From Amphiscolops sp. MND2022 (lineage: Eukaryota): 64,000 bases of DNA. The stretch covers positions 44,518,001 to 44,582,000 of the forward strand of contig OZ076409.1 of assembly GCA_964187785.1 (NCBI GenBank). Reading direction: 5' to 3'. Position 1 is the first letter of the stretch. Every line of letters begins with the position of its first letter. The translations under genes were made by a program, and so were the position numbers. The notes beneath the pieces are model-generated. The model worked only from the letters and a program-made list of their open reading frames with translations. It did no database searches and was not told the origin of the DNA. Shown one piece after another: positions 37,991 to 51,000 of this stretch.

Positions 37991-39817
37991 TGTCGTGAAC
38001 ATTGTAACTAGGAAAATCACCATTTTTGTGACCTTCGTCCTGTTCATTTCTCGAATTGTTTCTAGCATTTAGATTACGCTGTACTTCGGGATTAATTTCC
38101 GGTCTCTCAACTGGAGCGTCCCATCCTTTTCTAGTCACACGTCCTGATCCGGCCAAAATGACATTTTGAATTTGAGGCAATACCTGATTGCTTATAGCGT
38201 CATTTATGGCTCTCTGGATCTGAACGCTGACTGAATTCATCATCTCATCCATTTCTCTGGATATCCTGGAGTTAAATTCACTAGACAGTTTATTGATCTC
38301 AGCTTGAGAACTCACGTCCGCTGAATTTTGCCCATTAACGGTGTTTGCTCTGACATTAGAATTCATATGATTAGAGTATGAACTACCACCTTCATTTTCT
38401 AGATTATTGCTGGTAACACTATCATGTCTTCTGACAGAAGCACTACCTAAGCTCTCATCCCTTTCAGTTTCAATGAAGTGATTCTCACCTAGCATGATGT
38501 CAAGGTTCTCAATATCTGAGAGGATTTCTAAGCCTCTTGATTTCCTGCTTTCTTTTGCTTTCTTGTGGTAGGCATTGAGAAAAGTCCGAATTGAACATTG
38601 AATTACTCAACTCGGAAAATAACAGTGGAACCGTTTGTAGAACAATCTTTACAACGTTAAATATGATTCGTGTCCCACTAAGGCTAAACACCGGTATTTA
38701 TACCCCTGAGTGGATGACACTCACATTTTCCACAAATTTCTAGTCAAGATTGATATCATAAGGTATGTAATGCACATGACATTTCCCAATCTTTTACAAA
38801 TCCTCGGAATTTAGCAGACAACATTTTGAAAGATATTTAACTCATACCACAACTTCAAACAACATATTTAACAAAACATCATTATCAGGATGTCAACAGA
38901 TGTTAATATGCAACAATGGAGTTTGACGCACTCAACTTCATAGAATGGTGTCGGCGCGTGCCGCCACATGAGTGGGGTTGAGTTCGCTAAGAATGAAAAC
39001 ACATGCAAAGTCTAATGGATACTTCAAAACAATACTATTTACTATAATAGCGTAAAATACAACGTTTTCATAATAGGTTCGGAATAGGCCAAATCCAAAT
39101 TATTAGATGAGCATCGGAAGAAAAGGGATAAAATGCCATATTCGTCCATTAATGAAATATCAGCCTCAATAAGTCATCAGAACAGCACAAGGGCGATTAT
39201 TTCTTACTAAGATCACAGGTAAAGTAGCACCTTGATTGCAGTCACAATTAGAATAGCAACATCGTGTTTATTTGAAATGGCCGGAATCGGCCATTTGACC
39301 AAAGCGTAGACTAAAATTATTACCTTGTGTCATTGGCCTCACTCGGCCACTACTATATTAAAGCCGCGCTAGTACAACAAAATGAAGCAACATGATTGGT
39401 TGGAATGTTGAGCTCAAGTGACGTTTCCGGAATTAGAGTTGCGTTCACTTGAACTCGTTTCCTTATTGCCTTGCAGTTAATTCTATTCAGCTTTGCATTG
39501 ACTTTATCATTACAGCACATTGAATAGCTAATTCACGTTAACAGACTAATACGGAACAATTAAACTAAAATCTAAACAAACCAGGATTTACATCATTGAA
39601 ACGTCTGTCGTAATATTGAAATGTGGGGATTCCCAATAAGTTCCCAATAAGGCCATCTATCCGTTTAATTTACAAAAGCATTGTTTCTAAAGGTAAAAGC
39701 AACATAAAAGTTCATGGAGTTTTAATTCCTAGTTTATGGGTAACGTACCGGGTGCTACTTCTTGTCCGCTTGCCGTTGTAGTTGTTTTAGTACCGTCACA
39801 GGCGGCATCCTGCGACA
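37991..39817 (-). mobile_element. Solo LTR of Gypsy B, containing the gag N-terminus (ATG 38575)
   Basis: TG...CA ends; flanked by ACAGA (37986-37990) and ACGGA (39818-39822), a 5-bp TSD with one mismatch. Confidence 0.85.
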
Positions 39818-39822
39818 ACGGA

Positions 39823-42800
39823 GTTTTGGTAAAATCGTCAAAGTTTGAAAAAAATTGAAATTTTCTTGTATTTTGGGAGCTTTTTGGGTATTTTTTGAAA
39901 TGAAACAATTAGATGTTTTTGTCAATGAGCGCACAGTACAGCTCGCTTCTAGTTCTTGAACACTTTGAGTATTTTACCTGAACTTTAAATGAAAGACTGC
40001 ATAACAGTAATCAAAACTGTTTTGATTTAGGAGACCTTTTTCCAGGAAACCCGAATGCGAACATTGTTTGAAAATTGAATGGACTCAAAAAGCTTTTTTT
40101 CTTTTTCAACCTATCGATGTCATTTTCGTCCAACTTATTGTTTGCTTAGTGGGTTCACGTCACAGAAATTGAGAAACAAGACGCCCGCTGACCAGCAGGA
40201 TATTTTCCGTCCCAACTGTTCTAGCAATGACATATTTTTGAGACTCAAGAGTAGCCATTGCACTATGAAAACACATAGAGGTTTGATGAAAAAAAGTTTG
40301 ACACTTTTTGAATAATGTCAAGCCTTTTCAGAAGGGAATTTCAAGAAGACACCAAACACCTATTTGGTTTTTCGTCAGATTGTGTGTATTTCAAAACCTA
40401 ATCAATTGATTTTTCTTTAAATTTGCGCGAAGTCGCGAAAAACGTCAAAATTTCAACAATTTTGCTTTTTCGACAACTTTGCAGTCATTTGAGGAATTTT
40501 TATAAGCAACTGTAGATGTCTTTTTAAAAACGCCTATTGGATAACGGGTGTAAGTCATTCTTGAATAACAAAATTGCTCGAAATGTTTAGAAAAAAGTAT
40601 ATCAACATTTCAAAAACAAAAAATTGTTTTTCATTAATTTTCAAGTCATTCTGACGAACTTTTAGCATACACAATTGTAGATTTCTTTTTGAAAATTCTG
40701 CATGCCTACTCCAAAAGGTTAGACTTCTGGACTGGGCTATTAAAAAATTTTGGCAACTTTCAATAGAAATTCACTAATTTGTCGAACAACTGCCAAAAGT
40801 TTTTTCGACTATTTTGGGGTCATTTTGAGGCTCTTTTCTAGAGTGAAACTGCAATTAACCTTCAAAATATCTATTGAATAACGCTTTTGTTCGCTGTTGA
40901 GGGATTTCTTTCTTCCAACGATGGAAACTTCTAAAAAACTCCAGAACTTTGCATAGGAAACGTTGAAATTAGACATTACTTCCGACTCATCAGGGTCTTT
41001 TTTGAAGTACTTTTGAAGCAAAATACTGCAACTCTCTTCAAAATAGCATACTGCAAAGCTAATTTTTTCGCTTTTGAGTGTTTTGTACTTTCCTAGTCAC
41101 AAAAATTTTCAAAATTTGAACACAAACTGCAGGAAAAACTACAAAAATGAAGAATTTCTGAAGTAAAGCACTACGATTTCTCATCAAGAAGGGAAACTAC
41201 ATACCTGATTCTATCGCTTTCGATTGTTCTGAACAATCTAACTCAACAAATTCCTAAGGTTTTTTGACTATTTTGGTGTCCTTGTGGCAATTCTTTTTTT
41301 TCTACAAAACTGCATTTATCTCCGCAAACTACCCTATTGGACAACGAAATCATTCGTAGTTGAAGGTATTTAACGTTCTGATCCATGAAAGATTTAGAAA
41401 TTTGCCAAAAGTTGCATGAAAACGTGAAAAATCGGTACATTTTGAAGTTATTGTCATTTTTGGTCGCAAATTGTGCGTTTTTTTTCCTTACAGAACTTTG
41501 AAAAGTTTGATTCCTTGAAAAAGCCTTCCTGAGAACCAATTTGTTCCTTGTTGAACGTCTTTGAAATTTTAAGTTGCCAAGCTTTTCCAAAATCAGACAA
41601 AAGCTGCATAAAGTTTTTAAAATTTGAATTTTTTTTTGTTTTTGTCATTTTCGGTCTGAATTTGATGCATTTTTTCAACACCAATTGCTTTTTTCTCTTC
41701 AAAGAAGCCTCCACGACAACTAATTGGTTACTTTTTGAACGTCTTTAACATTCAAAACCACCAAGTCTTTCGAAAAGTACACAAAAATTGCACTAAAGTT
41801 TCAAAAATCTGAATTTTCAAGTATTTTGTCACTTTCGGTCCAACTTTGATGGATTTTTTCAACACAAATTGCTTTCATCTCTTCAAGGAAGCCTCGCGGA
41901 CAACAAATCATTTCCTTGTTTTTTGTCCATGACATTCTAAGCCACCAAGTTTTTCGAAAAATTGACAAAAATTGCATGAAATTTTCAAAATTCTGAGTTT
42001 TTTGAATATTTTTGTCAATTTCGGTCTGAATTTGAGGCATTTTTCATTAAAAATTGAATTTATTTCTTTGAAAAAGCCTCTTGGATAACAATTTTTTTCT
42101 CTTTGGATTGTTTTCAACATTCGAAGCCAGGAAATTTATCAATAATTTGACAAAAATTGCATAAAATTGGAAAATTGTGCAGTTTTTACTTTTTTGGGGT
42201 CATTTTTGGGTCGTTCTGGGGTCTTTGGGGTCAACCAAAAAAGTCCAAAAATCTCCACAAATACATACCGCATGATACTATTTTTACATCAGTTGAATTC
42301 TATGGGTGAAACCCTTTAGCTAGGATATAAATTTAATTCTTAGCAAATTTTGTAAAAAAACCGTTCGATTTAAATATTTTCCTTTTCCATATGAAATATG
42401 GACGGAAAATAACAAGAAATGAGTTTTTATTTAGCATATTCTATAGGGGAAAATTTCCAACGTCGTAAGTTAGAAAAGCCTCAAAAAACTTCCTAGAATC
42501 TTTTCGAAATTTTAGTGGCATTTCTTGTACAACTTTATATTTTTTATTGTGAAATACAGTATACAGCGAATGCATCGAAGAACAAATCAACAAACCAGTT
42601 CGTTTTTGAAGAGAAAGATTTCCTTTTTAGTTCAATGATGCCACAAAAGACTCACAAAAAAACACGTTTTCTCAAATTTCCATCCTAATAAGCAATACCG
42701 GAACATTTTTTCAACTCCTTGGTGGGTATGAATAGTCACAGCATTCGTGTCAAGACACAATAATGACTTTTCAGATAATTTGTCAAAATGAAAAAACTGA

Positions 42801-45800
42801 CGTTAAGTTTTTTTAGTTTACACGAAACGACCAGCCAAGCTAAAAAAACATCCATTCTTGAACGTTGGAAACTTTCTTTGTTAGGTTCAAAAATATAAAT
42901 GTTCTGGGAGAAACATTCATTGAGTTTTTCCAAAGAAAAAAAGCAGGACTTGAATTGAGATTTGACGAAATTTCTACGCTCGAGCCTCACGAAAATGTAA
43001 CTATTTTAGCTGGTTCACCAAAACGGTCGACGCCAGGAACATTAAGAGGCAAATGATTACGACAGTTTTGAAGTGCTGATATGATTTTTGCACAGATGTT
43101 ACAAACGACTCGTTTTTGAAGTCTTTGATATTGTTGATACCCCTTAATATTTTTTCAAGGGAATCTTGTTTGTATATTTTGATTTGAAGATTTGCAATTT
43201 CAATGTGATACCTCAAAAATGTATTTTTTTTATTTTGTAGTCCTAGAAAGCATAGCCACCTCGAGAAACGCTAGAAATGTTTGCGGTAGAACAGGGATTC
43301 CATAAAAGGGTCTCAGTATAAATTCATCAGTTGCATAATACACACGAGTCCATTAAAAACCCAAGTTCCATAAGAGGGCCATACTGACCATTTCTGTATT
43401 CCATAAAACGGCCACACATCGAAAACACGAGTTCCATAAGAAGGCCATACTGAAAAAAACAGGCCGTACTGAAGTCATAGAAATGTGCGAAAACATTTAG
43501 TTCATACAATGACCAGTCATTAAAACATTCAATTCATAGCATGATAAAATGTTTTTAGTCGGTGCTCTTAGAATAAAAGCCCGACTATTACAGTCACTTG
43601 TTTTTTTTATTGTATGGCATCTAGTTTTCATACATGAAAAATGAAAATATTGTATGGACTAAGTCTTAATATGTCAACGCGGGAGTGTTCTTCACCCAAT
43701 CAAAAAGAGTTGATTGTTATTTTCCGCCCATATTTCATATGGGAAAGGAAAAGATTAAATCAAACGGGTTTTTTAAACAAAAATGGCCAAGCACGAAATT
43801 TATATTTAACTTTAAGGGTGTTACCCTTAGAATTCAACTCACATAAATTTAGCTTCGTGCGATTTGTATTTGTAGAGGTTTCTGGACTCTTCTAGTTGAC
43901 CCCAAGGACCCCAGAATGACCCGAAGAAAACCCAAAAATGACCCCAAGAAAATTTGCGAAAATTTCCAATTTTTTACATTTTAATGCAATTTTTGTTAAT
44001 TTTTCGATAGATGTCATGGATTAGAATGTTGAAAAGGTTCAACAAGACAAAAACACGTTGTCCAGTAGTCGTTTGTGAAGAGATAAATGCGGTTTTCCAC
44101 AAAAGAAAAACACCCGAAAATGACGAAAAACCAAAAATTTTCCGATTTTTCACGTTTTTATGCAACTTTTGTCAAATTTTTGATAGACTTCGTGAATTAG
44201 AATGTTAAAAACGCTAAACATGGCACTTGTTCGTTGTCCAGTGGGCTTTTCCGAAGAGACGATTGCTGTTTTCCATTTGGAAAAACTCTCAAATTGACAC
44301 AGAAAATGACAGAAACCTAGAAATTTTTCAATTTTCAAAGTTTTCATTCATTTTTCCCCAAGATTTCGACGGACTCTGTAGATTGGACCGTTAAAAAAGG
44401 TTAACAAGGAAAGAATTCGTTTTCAGGTAGGGTTTTCCGAAGAGTTTATTGCAGTTTTCTAAGTGACAATGGTTAAATTGACACCGAAAAAGACAAAAAA
44501 CCCAAAACTTTCCAATTTTTAAAAATTGTTATGCAATTTTTCCTAATTTTTGAGAGATTTCGTCAATTAGAATTTCGTCAATTGGAACGTTGAGAAGGTT
44601 CAAAAAGGAAAAAATGTGTTGTCCAGTTTGCTTGGAAAAAAATAATTGCCGTTTTTTAAACGCAAAATATCCGGAATTGACATCGAAAAAGACAAAATTT
44701 CGAAAGTTTTCCAATTTTCACTATTTCAGTTCATTTTTTGTCAGAATAGTGATAGGCTTCGTAGACTAGGGTGTTAAAACGGCTAAGGCATGGAAAAAGT
44801 TGTAGTTTCTGTGATCTTTTGTTACTAGATAAGTTCCATTTGTAAGAGAAAATAACGTCAATTGACATGAATTGTCAAAAAATTTGAAGTTTTTGTCGTT
44901 TTTGATGCAATTTCTGTAAATCTTACGAAAGGATTCGTTCTAAGTTTCAACACAATCAACTCAACAACAAAAGAACGAGCTATGCATCATATGTTTTGAC
45001 GAGAACAATGCAGTGTGTTTTGCTTCAAAAACACTTCAGAATGACTCATAATCCAATGGGTTTTAATGGAATATTTGCAGACTTCGGTTGGAAAATGACT
45101 GAAAATTTACCGCAAAAAGTCAAAATTTCAGAAATTTTTGTCGATTTTTGACATTTTCAGTGAATTTTTATTTGAGATTGAAAAACTTCGGTAAAAGAAA
45201 AGCTTCGAAAACTCGAGATAATAAAAACTAGATTCGAAGCACGTTTTTTAATTGAAAAAATGCCCACTTTATTGTCGAAAGTTTCTTCAGAAGGACCCAA
45301 ATATTGGAAAAACTGAGAATTTCCAAGTTTTGTTACATTTAAGGCAGTTTTTGTTCAGTTTTTGAGCTACTTTCTTGCAAAAAAATGTTTTGAAAACTCA
45401 ACAAAGACTATTCCGGGTATCTCCCCGGAAGTGGGCTTAATTTTGAATTGACTTCTGTAGATTCATGTTGGAAATGTCCTCAAATTAACCCCAAAGTTGT
45501 CAAAACAATTTCCAATGTTTGACAATTCTGGAAAAACTATGTGCAATAATATAACAAACCGGAATCCCTCAACATTCCTAAATTTGCAAAGGACCTAGTT
45601 TCAAGCTTTTACCATTTTCTCAGTGCCAAAAAAACTCAAGAAGTACGCCTGAGACTAGGAAACCAATTGTTGCCCCACAGGAATAACAAAAACTCCGTGT
45701 TTCAAAGTTTTTCCGGCAATTTTCTATGATGGCGAAACGAGTTTCAGTTCGCAAAATTATTTTTCTGGAGCCGAGAACTGCTATGAAAGCAAGCGGTACA

Positions 45801-45900
45801 TTTTGATCAAATGAAAGTTTCGGAAAGACGCATAGAGTCGAAAAAAGGAGGTAATTTCTACAATCAATGAGAAACATCGTCAGTTCTATATGATCAAAAG
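39823..45900. repeat. Degenerate ~170-bp repeat arrays arranged as a large inverted structure around a ~1.3-kb spacer (foldback-like)
   Basis: 42190-42415 is the reverse complement of ~43710-43960 (e.g. GGGGTCAACC vs GTTGACCCC; CCATATGAAATATGG vs CCATATTTCATATGG); units flip orientation across the spacer. Confidence 0.65.
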
Positions 45901-46229
45901 TAACAAAGGAGTCACCCTCAAGACTCGGGAGTTTGTTTCTTTTACCAAAAATTTCAAAAACTTAAAATTGCGAAAAATGTTTCTCGAAAATTATTTTCAA
46001 AAAACTTTCTGAAAGTTTTCTCTTTTCTCGGTAAGTCGCATAGTGCCAAAAAAGCTAAAAGTGGCCAGCCATCACACAAATAATAAATTAGGGGTTTTCT
46101 GTAAAATGGGCTACGATGAATCAAAGCTTTCTTTGCTTCGAACTTCTTTGTGTTTTTTAGTGCATTGTCAGTAGTAGATGTACGTGGCATTATATGTGGG
46201 GGGGGTTGAGTGAGTAACCAAATATGGTC

Positions 46230-46511
46230 ATAACGCAGACTCCAAATGACCTCATGATTGCGACACAATGACGTAACCGAATGCAAAACATTTAGAATAA
46301 CGTCACCAATCATTACATTTCATTGGTTGATGAAAAAAACGACTAACAAAAGTGGAATGGTTTTTGTTAAAAATAACGCAGACTTCAAATAACGTCATGA
46401 TTGCGACACAATGACATAACCGAATGCAAAAACATTTGGAATAACGTCACCAATCATTGCATTTCATTGGTTGACGAAAAAGAGCGACTAACAAATATGG
46501 AATGGTTTTTT
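46230..46511. repeat. Two ~143-bp direct repeats in the Polinton left terminal region
   Basis: ATAACGCAGAC...GGAATGGTTTTT at 46230 and 46373; contain CCAAT/ATTGG and TGACGT-like motifs. Confidence 0.85.
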
Positions 46512-46778
46512 CCATGAGCCAAGCAAAAACTGAGTCTAAAAGTAGTTAGTTTGCTGGGTGATAAAGTAGTACTTTGCACAAATCCTAATTATCTTGCCTT
46601 CTTCCTTCTAGTGGGATCTGTTGGTATCCAGGTTTGAGCCTCAGCACATCCTCAATATTCTTTCCTAGTATTTGTGCAAGGGCTACGTTTCGGCAAAAAA
46701 ACACTGATGGTTCAAAACGAAAAGTGTAAATTCTCTACATTTGTGTTTTCGTGAATACTACTTTGAATTTAGAGATTT

Positions 46779-46994
46779 ATGGATATTGAGAATTTGAGCA
46801 ATGATTCGGACAGTCTTGCAACAGACAGCGGTTATAATTCAATGGTGTCATTTGACGAAGATGATGATGGTGATGATGGTCTGATGCATCTCAATGTTGA
46901 GGTTGTAGAACTGTTTGAACGCTTGTTGTCATGGCTGGATCAGGTTCAACAAATTGACGACATTTTGCAAGACTGGATGATTGATGATGAGTAG
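46779..46994 (+). CDS. Small acidic Polinton protein (hypothetical)
   Basis: 71-aa ATG ORF, D/E-rich, containing DSGYNS. Confidence 0.45.
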   Translation: MDIENLSNDSDSLATDSGYNSMVSFDEDDDGDDGLMHLNVEVVELFERLLSWLDQVQQIDDILQDWMIDDE

Positions 46995-47091
46995 TTTGTA
47001 TGATAATGTCGAAAAACCTGGAAAGAATAATATTTTCATGATTTCTGGCTGAACATGAAAACCAAAATTTTTAAACTCTTTTAACCTTTTT

Positions 47092-47915
47092 CACGAATCT
47101 GACGGATTTTTTCTTTTCCGAGACGCTAATTCAAACTGTTGAGCAAGCGTTTTTGCAGTCTCTAAGTCTTCCATTGTTAGCAAGGGCTCTCCCGACGAGT
47201 CAACCACGTCAGGAAATAATTCAGCAAACGTGCAAGTTTTGCTTTGCATTTTCTAAATAAAAGTAAAAAGCTTTACAAACATTCGTGAATTGAATACTCA
47301 CAGAGGACAAAAGTCAGCTACCATCACTTGTACCTCTAAATCTGAGGTTGTAGCTTTTGAAACTTTGTCTTCGAGCAGTTCCACTTTTTTCAGCAATTCA
47401 AGCTCCTCCATGTTCAAATTATCAGTGTTCTAAAGCAAAATTAACCTTGTCCATGTCAGAGACTTTTACAGCAAGAAAAAGCAAAGATTACCTTTAAACT
47501 TTGTTCAAGATAGCTACTTGTGGATGGCTTGTTGTTACCATCAGCTTTATCATCCTCAAAGTACCATGCGACCTTGTTTTTATCATCCTCTATGAACAAT
47601 TTCTCCCAAAGGTTCCTTTCTGATTCATCAACTTGGTATTCCGCAGCATCGTCCGAAAACAACACTTTATTTTGTTTGTTACTGTTAGGGGCAGTATTTT
47701 TTTGACTAACTGTGCTGTCATCACCAAGAGGTGTGTCTGAAACATCATTAATACAAACTCGCAATTGGACTATATTTCACCTCTGGTTGGATTATGTTTA
47801 AATGTTTACCTAAACCAATAATTGCTTGTCTCGTCCTGTTCTTCTCTTTGCGAAAAACAGTAGGAGGAACAGTTGTATTTTTTCGAGTCGGTGGTGTCCA
47901 TTCATTGTTAGCCAT
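47092..47915 (-). CDS. Putative four-exon Polinton accessory gene (hypothetical, charged protein)
   Basis: MANNEW... exon; TTTCAG acceptor ~47738; AAG|GTAATC ~47492; TTTAG acceptor ~47431; GTGAGT donor ~47301; the first three exons join in phase, the last junction is off by one base. Confidence 0.5.
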
Positions 47916-48008
47916 TTCTGAAAAGTTGATGAGCTTTCGTCGAAACTGAAAGAAAAAAAAACAAATATATTCAAACAAGTTTTATAGAGAAAAAACTTCA
48001 GAGTTACG

Positions 48009-51000
48009 TTATACATTTATTGGGGATGTTGTAACACCATCAGCATGCACAAATCGTTTGTAATAAAAATATGTTATAGACATTTTGTTTTGTTTATATG
48101 TGAACATGTTTCCTCGGTAGTAGCGAAATCCCTTGTTAGTTCCTTCGTAGAGCACTTTGTTGAACAAGACAGATTTAAATCTTTCCAATGGCGACTCTAG
48201 ATTTTTGTTGCTTCCCTTGAGAGCCATTTACATCTTTTTGTTGTTTTCGTCAAATGCACAGTAGGTTTTGCTGTTGAGACAAATCATTTCCGTTCCTTTC
48301 CATTCAATTTTGAAAAGTCCAGGTGTTCTTTTATCCATTGCACCGTGTTCTTTACAGCAGCTTCGTGTTAGAAAATTCAGTTGAGCATTTGGTAGATAGC
48401 AATCTTCTTGTTCATGATAATGCTTTGCATTTTCTTGCATTTGTGATTTCGCGACCTCATTGAAACATTCGTATAGATCGTTTTCTGTCAAAGCCATGTA
48501 GAAAGAGTCGGTGTCCATCTCTATAGCACGGAAAGACCTCGGTCTCACAATTCTGCCGAGAAAGTCGTAACGAAACTCCAACATTCTTTGTTTTCCATTG
48601 TTTAGTACTGTAAAACCAACGAGAATGGGTTCATCGTGCACAATTTTCCTTTTAGCCATGTTGATTTCGTATATTTTTTCATCCACCGTGGATGAAAAAT
48701 CAATTCTCCAAAATTCCGGTCCTATGACATTGTGACAATGTCATAGGACCGGAATTTTGGAGAATTGATTTTTTGATCAACTTTTCTTTCATCAACAAAA
48801 AGCGTGTTTTGAAATTTTGATTTGTTTATGAGTTGGATGCCATATGCGCTGTTTCCAATAAGTTTGGATGTTTCTGCAATCACACTGAGCGACTTGTCTA
48901 CATCTCCTCGACGCCTGTTTTCTGTTACAAAATCCAAAAAATCTTTGAAGGGTTGTGCTTTTTTGTAACAAAGAAACTGGTAGCATTTTGTTACAACCAA
49001 ACCATGTTCTAAACACCACTTGATGTAGTCGGTAGATAACATTATCTTTTCTCCAAAGTAGCTGGCGACAAGACATTTCCAATCGTTTTTCATCAAACCG
49101 AACTCTTTGGCATAATCTTGCATTTCCGCGGAAAGATGTTGCCTCTCGACAGTTGTATTTTTGAAGATGGGTGGAAGTTCTTCAAAGTGTTCCTTCAAGT
49201 GATCTGGAACGTGGATGTCAATTTCAGCTATTCCATAGACTTTTTCTTTCCAAACTGCATTGAGAAAAGTCTCCAACGTTGAAAACTTTTGTGGTAGACA
49301 ATCAAGTTTTCTCACAAACTCTTTTATTTCGGGGTCTGTTTCTTTAAGCTGATTCCATTGACACTCCCATTGCTCAATCACACGATATCCTGCATTTAGA
49401 ATAACTTCCGTACGCTCCTTGTCATTTTCACGTATTTTCGCCGGTGTTTTCCCATGAATTAGAGGCGGCTGAAACACTTAGCAGTTTGAAGCACTTCAAA
49501 AGAAAGTATGATTCATTATTTCAAAACTAAAACTTTGTCAACTAACCAAACTTATACAGTCATGGGCGTGATGATAACATCCCATAAATTCCCAAACAGT
49601 TTTACAGGACACACAGATAGCATCGGGAACGAGTGTTCTATCTTGGTAGCGCATATTTGTGAAACGAGTGGTCACTGAACAACTTGGGTTTTGGTGGTGA
49701 TGATGTTTGGAGATAAAAGCAACATACTGTCGTTCGGCTTGTAAAAATTTACTTTTTTCGGAAACTAGAGCGTTGTCGCTGTTGCACACGTAATGAGTCA
49801 ACGGTCCAGTTGGCATGTTCCCACCAATAGCAGATAAATACAAAGCGTTGGCATCATAACCAACTATTGATTTGACTATTTCATCATTGATGGCAGTTTC
49901 ATTAACTTTTTCGTAACGACTAAACACTATACTTGGTCCTCCAACAATGTTGTTTCGAACACTTTGATACAAATCCTTGTCTTTATAATTGAACAAAAAT
50001 ATTCCTTCGCCTTTGTTTGATCGATGTAAAATTTTGTTGGCGGCACCGCTGAGTGTTAGAGTTTCCTTCAGCAAGTCAATCGAGTGTTGTTCATAGAAAC
50101 GGGCCATTTTGGTCACAGCCTTGTGAAGGGGATAAACATCAAGGTTATTGTAATATTGTAAATAATCCATCATTGTTTGAAACCCTTCGTGGTCCCATGT
50201 TTGTTTAATGTCCTCATATACTTCCAACCCTGTCTTGGGTCTATTTGGATCGGTGAGGCTGCCTCCGTTCCGAACAAAACTGTTAATCTCGTTCTCCAAA
50301 ACGTTTTCATTCTTCAGTGAGGAAAAGAATGCTTCGTAGGGTGGTAATGAAGGTTCTTGTAAAATTTCAAAACTGGTTAGATGTTCGTAAGGAAAGAAAA
50401 ACTTGCTGACTTCACTACCATAGGCTTTCAAAAACTTGTCTAATGATGTACCAGCTGCAACAAAATGACTACAGTCCATGAAGCGCAGGTTTGGTGTCGA
50501 AAGGAGTAGGAAGCGAGTATTTCGTTTAATACACTTGATGGATGACGCTGCAGAGACTTTAAAAGGTATGACTTTATCAAGTTCAAATCGTAGAATCCAC
50601 TATTGAAACCAACAATTGGCAGCTGGACAATGTATTGTAAGAACTGTGTTCGTGTTCTTTTCAGGAATCTGTGCAATCTCTGCTGTGTGCTGGATACATT
50701 AGTAGTAGCGGTAGTGGTTTCGTTTAGAGCAGCTTCTTCATCATCTGAGTGTATGTTCTCTCCCATGGTGGTGTCATCTGGTTCAAATTCTAATAACATT
50801 TCATCAATTTGTTCTTGATAGGGTAAAAATTTTTGTCGCTGGTGAGAGATATTTTTGAGGGACAAGTCCATTAAATAGTCTACAAACTTGTCTACCAAAA
50901 CGTTAGGGTCTTTTTCCACTAACCATTTTGCAGCCGATTCCTCTGTTGTAATGTTTTGATATATTGCAACCGATACGGGAATATGTTGATGAGTAAACTC

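Noticed and set aside
40079..45877. Many 60-120 aa K/F/N-rich ORFs
   Set aside because: They lie in degenerate AT-rich tandem repeats, occur in overlapping frames and show no motifs.
46600..46650. tRNA-like or VA-RNA-like Pol III gene (TAGTGG ... GGTTTGAGCC)
   Set aside because: A-box to B-box spacing is too short, the B box is imperfect and no cloverleaf can be drawn.
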